From: a virus
Taxonomy: Duplodnaviria > Caudoviricetes
Length of the DNA: 32,070 nucleotides
Strand: one strand, 5' to 3'
Virus record (IMG/VR): IMGVR_UViG_3300011335_000800
Span: 1 to 32,070 of that record
The notes beneath the pieces are model-generated. The model ran no database searches. It saw only the letters and a list, made by a program, of their open reading frames with translations, and was not told the origin of the DNA. Shown here one piece after another: positions 27,968 to 32,070 of this stretch (positions are counted from its first letter, which is position 1; every line of letters starts with the position of its first letter). A program made the position numbers and the translations under genes.

Positions 27968-27992
27968 TGCAACATTGCAATGCAGATATGCA
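27968..27992. promoter_or_regulatory. Tandem palindromic operator sites
   Basis: TGCAACATTGCA (27968-27979) and TGCAGATATGCA (27981-27992). Confidence 0.55.
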
Positions 27993-28040
27993 GGAAGCAA
28001 TTGCCCGGAGCTAGTGAGAAGTCTAGCCCCGGGTATATAA

Positions 28041-28268
28041 TCATTCAGCCTCTGGCGGTAACGGCTGATCACGCACGATTGCTGGCTCGACAGTACATGT
28101 AATGCCATGCTTCTTCTTGGTGTAGACTGTCTCGTTGCCGTTCCAGTCACGCGAATAAAGCGGCAGCTTTACAAGCTCAAGCATGAGGCGATAGGCTCTG
28201 TCGGTTGGTTCGATTGCCAGATACGTGTCGTAGTCCAGCTTGATCATGATCTTTAGTTCTTGTTCCAT
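28041..28268 (-). CDS. Hypothetical protein
   Basis: AAGGAG RBS, TAATG coupling. Confidence 0.6.
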   Translation of the reverse strand: MEQELKIMIKLDYDTYLAIEPTDRAYRLMLELVKLPLYSRDWNGNETVYTKKKHGITCTVEPAIVRDQPLPPEAE

Positions 28269-28627
28269 TATACCAACTCCTTTTCTTCTATCCAAATAGC
28301 ACTGTTGTTGATGCGGAGCAGAAAGCCGAAGCTAACCTTCTCGCGCAGCTGTTCGAGCGTGCATGCAGGGCTGATGCTATTACCCTCATAGTCGCACCCA
28401 AGAACAAGGCCCTTGCCAACTAGTGGCTGCTGATAATCCCTGTGCTTAAAGAACATCGGGTTGTCTGACATGAGGCCATCGTCATCGACGAAGATCCCAT
28501 CGCCATGCTCCAGGCGTGCAACGTCAAACGTGTTGGCATCGATCAGTTTATATATCTCCTGATAGTCGCCATTATACTCGACCTGCTCCACAGTTTTTGC
28601 ATGTGGATCAATTAGATATGCAATCAT
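28268..28627 (-). CDS. DUF3846-like protein
   Basis: LIDP...IYKLID...IFVDDDGL...PLVGKGLVLGCDYEG. Confidence 0.7.
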   Translation of the reverse strand: MIAYLIDPHAKTVEQVEYNGDYQEIYKLIDANTFDVARLEHGDGIFVDDDGLMSDNPMFFKHRDYQQPLVGKGLVLGCDYEGNSISPACTLEQLREKVSFGFLLRINNSAIWIEEKELV

Positions 28628-28830
28628 TACTCACTCCTTCCTGACCATATAAAATACCCTACGTAGTTGCCGTTGATATCGTGCAACTTGGCTTGTGTTT
28701 GTTGACGCGCAAGCCGATCTGCAGCATCTCGTAAGATGCGTGCAGTCTCGGTATAAACATCGTCGCCATCGAACGCGGCGTTCGAAGTTTTAATTCTTAC
28801 GTGAAGCTCATCGCTATCAGAAAGCATCAT
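28627..28830 (-). CDS. Small conserved phage protein (NAAF...ETARILR...DINGNYVG)
   Basis: Recognisable recurring early-gene family. The true start is probably 28830 or 28827, not 29022. Confidence 0.65.
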   Translation of the reverse strand: MMLSDSDELHVRIKTSNAAFDGDDVYTETARILRDAADRLARQQTQAKLHDINGNYVGYFIWSGRSE

Positions 28831-29074
28831 CGGCCAGCGTCCCCAACGTAAACAGTTCGCGCTGCAGGCGATCAATGATAGATGACATGCGCACTGGCAG
28901 CTTCTCGATGGAGGCTTGCAAGAGCAGGGTGTCACCCAGTTCTCCGCACAGTTTGATCTGTTCGTGCAGGCGCACTTGGTTTTCAAACTTTTGCTGATCC
29001 TGCCAGTCGTAGGACTTGGCAAGCATGTCCTCCTGGTCGAACGCGTCGAACCATGCTTCTTTCAGTCGGCCCAT
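28817..29074 (-). CDS. Hypothetical protein
   Basis: GGGAG RBS, TGATG coupling. Confidence 0.6.
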   Translation of the reverse strand: MGRLKEAWFDAFDQEDMLAKSYDWQDQQKFENQVRLHEQIKLCGELGDTLLLQASIEKLPVRMSSIIDRLQRELFTLGTLADDAF

Positions 29075-29169
29075 CACCACTCTCCCTTCAAACTTTTAAC
29101 GATTGTGAGCAGTGAAAACGCGAACACGCCGATGAAGAACAGCGTTGATGCAAAATGTGCGAGTGTCAT
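29074..29169 (-). CDS. 31-aa single-pass membrane peptide MTLAHFASTLFFIGVFAFSLLTIVKSLKGEW (absent from the ORF track)
   Basis: AAGGGA RBS, hydrophobic core, coupled to the next gene. Confidence 0.55.
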   Translation of the reverse strand: MTLAHFASTLFFIGVFAFSLLTIVKSLKGEW

Positions 29170-29187
29170 GTCATTCCCTTTCTGAGC

Positions 29188-29210
29188 AAAAAAAGGGGGC
29201 CGAAGCCCCC
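29188..29210 (-). terminator. Rho-independent terminator after the first early gene
   Basis: GGGGGC-TTCG-GCCCCC-TTTTTTT on the - strand. Confidence 0.85.
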
Positions 29211-29215
29211 AGTTG

Positions 29216-29722
29216 TTAGGCTGCCTCCTGTTCTGCGACTTCTACGCCACCGCCCATGTTGGTTTCGGTGTCGATGCCGAAGCGCTTGGCCTGCTCCAGT
29301 GCAGCGGACTGGAACTTGCGTTCGGTGAACTGGCGTGCCTTGGGAGCAACGAACTTCTCGCCAGTGTGGCGCTCATGTGCGTCAGCAGCTGCATCAACCA
29401 GCGCCTGAAGATGAGCCATTTGCATTTCGAGACGCTGTGCCCAGTCGATTGCACGCTGAAGCTGCAGTTCGGATAGCTCGTCGCCACGGTGTGAGCGAGC
29501 AGCCAGGCGAACCTTGCCGCAAGCCTCGTCGTAAGACTGGGTGGTGGTTTGCAGCGTGAGTGCTGCCGAGTAAGCGATGCCGTTAAGGACACGGCGCTGA
29601 GCGTAACCGAGAAGGTTGACGTCAAGGATCTCTCCCGTTGTCCGATCTTCTTTCGTGCTCATCTCAGTCATAAACTCTGCGATGGTGTCGATAGCTTTGG
29701 TCAGAGCTTTAGTGCTGGTCAT
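29216..29722 (-). CDS. Helical early protein of unknown function
   Basis: AAAGGAG RBS, 168 aa, own terminator. DAAADAHERHTGEKF motif. Confidence 0.8.
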   Translation of the reverse strand: MTSTKALTKAIDTIAEFMTEMSTKEDRTTGEILDVNLLGYAQRRVLNGIAYSAALTLQTTTQSYDEACGKVRLAARSHRGDELSELQLQRAIDWAQRLEMQMAHLQALVDAAADAHERHTGEKFVAPKARQFTERKFQSAALEQAKRFGIDTETNMGGGVEVAEQEAA

Positions 29723-29968
29723 GGTAATTCTCCTTTGGTTGTCGCGCCGGGACCGCCCCGGCGTACATCCCGCTAACGAGGCGTTCGTGGTTCACGGACA
29801 AGGGTGACGCCGGTACGGCGGCATCCCGGAACGGGACCGAAGGCCCTTGTCCGGGGTTCCGAACCCACGTAGCGGAATAGATGTAGACGGGAGCGGAACC
29901 GCGCGGCCTACCAAGGGAGTAGTTGGGCAGAGCACGCCAAGCGAACGACCAAAGCTATCGCCGCCATC
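29681..29968 (+). promoter_or_regulatory. Long imperfect fold-back with a cloverleaf apex; candidate ssDNA promoter / single-strand initiation signal
   Basis: Nested stems 29689-29702/29947-29960, 29730-29739/29910-29919, 29764-29775/29870-29885 and 29795-29804/29844-29853. Three GNA triloops. TTGTCC-17nt-TAGCGG in the right arm. Confidence 0.6.
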
Positions 29969-30017
29969 TTATCAGTCTTTATCTATCTAGATCAGTCACT
30001 AAGACGACACGGTATCG

Positions 30018-30027
30018 TAGTCCATTG
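30018..30027 (+). promoter_or_regulatory. TAGTCCATTG late-promoter motif upstream of TerS (runs into TTGACA)
   Basis: TAGTCCATTGACA. Confidence 0.65.
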
Positions 30028-30109
30028 ACAGCATTCCGACGCACGTCGTACTCCTCGCGCGCGCGCTCTCTACACCAACGCAATCCCAACGCCGTTAACG
30101 AGGTTCTGA

Positions 30110-30505
30110 ATGCCAAACGTACCCAAGACCATCGATAGTCCTAATGGTGCTCTCACTGATCGACAGGATCGGTTCATAGATGCGTATGTGACCAACGGTG
30201 GACGTATAGAACAAGCAGCCATCGAAGCCGGTTACTCGGAAGCATCAGCACGTACCTTAGGCGGAAGATTAATCCGTGACGACAAAGTGTTAGCCGAGAT
30301 CTTTAGACGAACGATAGGTAAGGTTGCGATCACTGCTCCTAAGGCATTACACATTGTTGAGCAGCTTGCTCAGTCCTCCCGAAGTGACAAGGTTAGATTG
30401 GAAGCTGCGATGGATTTGCTCAATCGTGCGGGTGTAAAAGCACCCGAGCGGATAGATCATCGTGTTGCTGGTGAAATACACGTACAGATAGATCTTGCCG
30501 GTTAG
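30110..30505 (+). CDS. terS: Terminase small subunit
   Basis: LTDRQDRFIDAYV...QAAIEAGYSEASARTLG HTH, VRLEAAMDLLNRAG, IHVQIDL. Confidence 0.88.
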   Translation: MPNVPKTIDSPNGALTDRQDRFIDAYVTNGGRIEQAAIEAGYSEASARTLGGRLIRDDKVLAEIFRRTIGKVAITAPKALHIVEQLAQSSRSDKVRLEAAMDLLNRAGVKAPERIDHRVAGEIHVQIDLAG

Positions 30506-30648
30506 TTAGGGTGGGGTTGAAAAACGGAAGAGGTTAGATGGTGAGTGAACCACCATATGTATTTTCCCCCTGAAATCCGCGACAACACGGACCTTCAGAT
30601 TATTTTTCCCCCTTGTGTATTTGAGGTTTTTGCTGGGAGTTGTGTCTT

Positions 30649-30831
30649 ATGAAGAAGGAATGGATTAAGGGAGCTATTAAGAAGCCTGGTGCTTTGCGGA
30701 AGGCTGTTGGTGTGAAGGCTGGTGAGAAGATCCCGGCTGGTAAGCTGAAGGAGTTGGCGAAGAAGCCCGGTGTGACTGGGCAGCGTGCTCGATTGGCTGT
30801 GACGCTTTCGAAGTTGGGGAAGAAGAAGTGA
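30649..30831 (+). CDS. Small Lys-rich protein (WIKGAIKKPGALR...RARLAVTL)
   Basis: GGGAG RBS. Recurring phage family. Confidence 0.75.
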   Translation: MKKEWIKGAIKKPGALRKAVGVKAGEKIPAGKLKELAKKPGVTGQRARLAVTLSKLGKKK

Positions 30832-31001
30832 AGTCGCGTGTGAACGAGGCTGGTAATTATACGAAGCCTGGTATGCGGAAGTCTTTGTTCGAGGCGATCA
30901 AGGCTAGTGGCAAGGGTGGCAAACCTGGGCAGTGGAGTGCTCGGAAGGCTCAGATGTTGGCCAAGGGGTATAAGGCCAAGGGTGGGGGATATCGAGACTG
31001 A
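30828..31001 (+). CDS. Small basic protein, DUF5872-like N-terminal half (absent from the ORF track)
   Basis: GTG start. NYTKPGMRK...GGKPGQWSARKAQMLAKGYKAKGGGY. Coupled at both ends. Confidence 0.75.
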   Translation: MKSRVNEAGNYTKPGMRKSLFEAIKASGKGGKPGQWSARKAQMLAKGYKAKGGGYRD

Positions 31002-31246
31002 TGAAGAAGTCGCAGAAGTCGCTTGTCGAGTGGACGAAGCAGAAGTGGACTACCAAGTCTGGTAAGCCTTCTACGCAAGGGCCGAAGGCTACGGGTGAGA
31101 GATACCTGCCCGAGAAGGCTATTAAGAAATTGTCGTCGGCGGAATATGCTGCGACCAGCAAGGCGAAGCGTGAAGGCACCAAAGCTGGTAAGCAATTTGT
31201 TAAGCAGCCGAAAGCTATTGCGAAGAAGGTGAGGGCTTACCGATGA
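31001..31246 (+). CDS. Small basic protein, DUF5872-like C-terminal half
   Basis: QKSLVEWTKQKWTTKSG...GERYLPEKA...GKQFVKQP. Confidence 0.75.
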   Translation: MKKSQKSLVEWTKQKWTTKSGKPSTQGPKATGERYLPEKAIKKLSSAEYAATSKAKREGTKAGKQFVKQPKAIAKKVRAYR

Positions 31247-31551
31247 GGAAGGAGCATAAAGATCCGAAGGGTGGCTTGACTGCTGCGGGTCGTGCTTATT
31301 TTAAGCGGACGGAGGGGGCGAACCTGAAGGCTCCGGTGAAGGGGGCTGCCAAGACGCCGGAGCAGATGCGCAGGAAGGGTAGCTTTCTTGTGCGCATGGG
31401 ATCTGCGGACGGACCTTTGAAGGACGAGAAAGGTCGGCCTACGCGATTGAAGTTATCTCTGGTAGCCTGGGGACATGGGGGCGATAAGGCTTCGGCGGTG
31501 GCGAAGGGGCGCTCCTTGTTGGCACGCTATCAGGCGAGTAAGAAGAAATAG
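31243..31551 (+). CDS. Small basic protein, DUF6321-like
   Basis: KDPKGGLTAAGRAY...NLKAPV...RKGSFLVRM...DEKGRPTR. Confidence 0.75.
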   Translation: MRKEHKDPKGGLTAAGRAYFKRTEGANLKAPVKGAAKTPEQMRRKGSFLVRMGSADGPLKDEKGRPTRLKLSLVAWGHGGDKASAVAKGRSLLARYQASKKK

Positions 31552-31558
31552 TCCATTG
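31549..31558 (+). promoter_or_regulatory. TAGTCCATTG late-promoter motif upstream of the head-spike genes
   Basis: Exact copy overlapping the upstream TAG stop. Confidence 0.6.
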
Positions 31559-31607
31559 CCGCCTGTGCTGGCTGCTTTCTAAGGGACGCTATATCTAGGA
31601 GATTGAT

Positions 31608-31847
31608 ATGAGCATTGCGTTTAGTGAGGCTTGGGTTCCGAACAATGCCCGGGCTGTGACGCCTTCGGATACCACCGTTTTGAATTGTGTTGCGCTCTAT
31701 GTTGGCGCTGCTGGCAATGTGGTTGTGGACACGGAGGACAATGCGAATATCACGTTTGCCAATGTCCCGACTGGCACGGTGCTGTGGCTTAAGACTGTAC
31801 GTGTGAAGGCCGCCACCTCTGCCACGAACATTGTGGCTTTGTTCTAA
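31608..31847 (+). CDS. Head spike base protein (RcGTA Rcc01079-like)
   Basis: AVTPSDTT...ALYVGAAGNVVV...TFANVPTGTVL...VRVKAATSATNIVAL. Confidence 0.75.
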   Translation: MSIAFSEAWVPNNARAVTPSDTTVLNCVALYVGAAGNVVVDTEDNANITFANVPTGTVLWLKTVRVKAATSATNIVALF

Positions 31848-32070
31848 TGGCTTTCCCTGGCGGTGCGCATATCGGCGTAGTTCGCCAGCACTCTGCTGCG
31901 CCCTTGCCGGTCATGCAGTTGGACTTCTTGAATAACGCTACGCTTCCTGATCGCGTCACCTTTTCACGTGGCACTGGCGCAACCCGTGTCAATCAGTCCG
32001 GCTTTATTGAGACTGTCGGCAACACGACCCCCCGCTTTGACTATGACCCCGTGACACTGGCCCCACGCGG
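31847..32070 (+). CDS. Head spike fibre protein (partial, runs off the window)
   Basis: TAATG coupling. LDF...VTFSRGTGATRVNQSGFIETV...PRFDYDPVTLAPR. Confidence 0.7.
   Translation, partial: MAFPGGAHIGVVRQHSAAPLPVMQLDFLNNATLPDRVTFSRGTGATRVNQSGFIETVGNTTPRFDYDPVTLAPR

Noticed and set aside
28004-28033. Hairpin CCCGGAGCTAG...CTAGCCCCGGG after the 28041 gene
   Set aside because: No U-tract on the - strand, so it cannot be called a terminator with confidence.
29795-29853. Cloverleaf apex considered as a tRNA
   Set aside because: Only ~59 nt, with 3-nt loops and no T-psi-C or anticodon arm.
29923-30138. 71-aa + strand ORF before TerS
   Set aside because: It overlaps the fold-back arm and the TerS promoter, has a TTG start and shows no protein-like features.

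Overview
This window is almost the whole genome of a ~32-33 kb T7-like-tailed podovirus with an HTVC010P/BPP-1-type virion module, probably infecting an alphaproteobacterium (host is inferred). The window appears to open and close inside the head-spike region, so it looks like a circularly permuted genome with a small gap. The + strand (30110-32070 and 1-20065) carries TerS, four small very basic proteins, a GTA-type head spike base and fibre, TerL, portal, scaffold, a GNAT acetyltransferase, major capsid, tail tubular A/B, three ejection proteins, two receptor-binding proteins and a lysis cassette. The - strand (20126-29722) carries early genes: HTH regulators, a DUF1064 nuclease, a lambda-O-like initiator with iterons and a P-like partner, the YqaJ/ERF/SSB recombination set, and an array of small mosaic genes. 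I see no integrase, DNA or RNA polymerase, primase or helicase. The most unusual non-coding features are: (1) a ~290-nt fold-back at 29681-29968 with DNA-type GNA triloops, resembling a plasmid single-stranded-DNA promoter (Frpo/ssi-like), in front of a stand-alone first early gene; (2) a predicted antisense RNA over the start of the replication initiator; (3) a gene-cassette array with shared junction sequences; (4) a TAGTCCATTG late-promoter motif; (5) a TGCR-N4-TGCA operator; (6) a structured capsid leader; (7) apparent GANTC avoidance. All family assignments come from motif recognition by eye, not from database searches.
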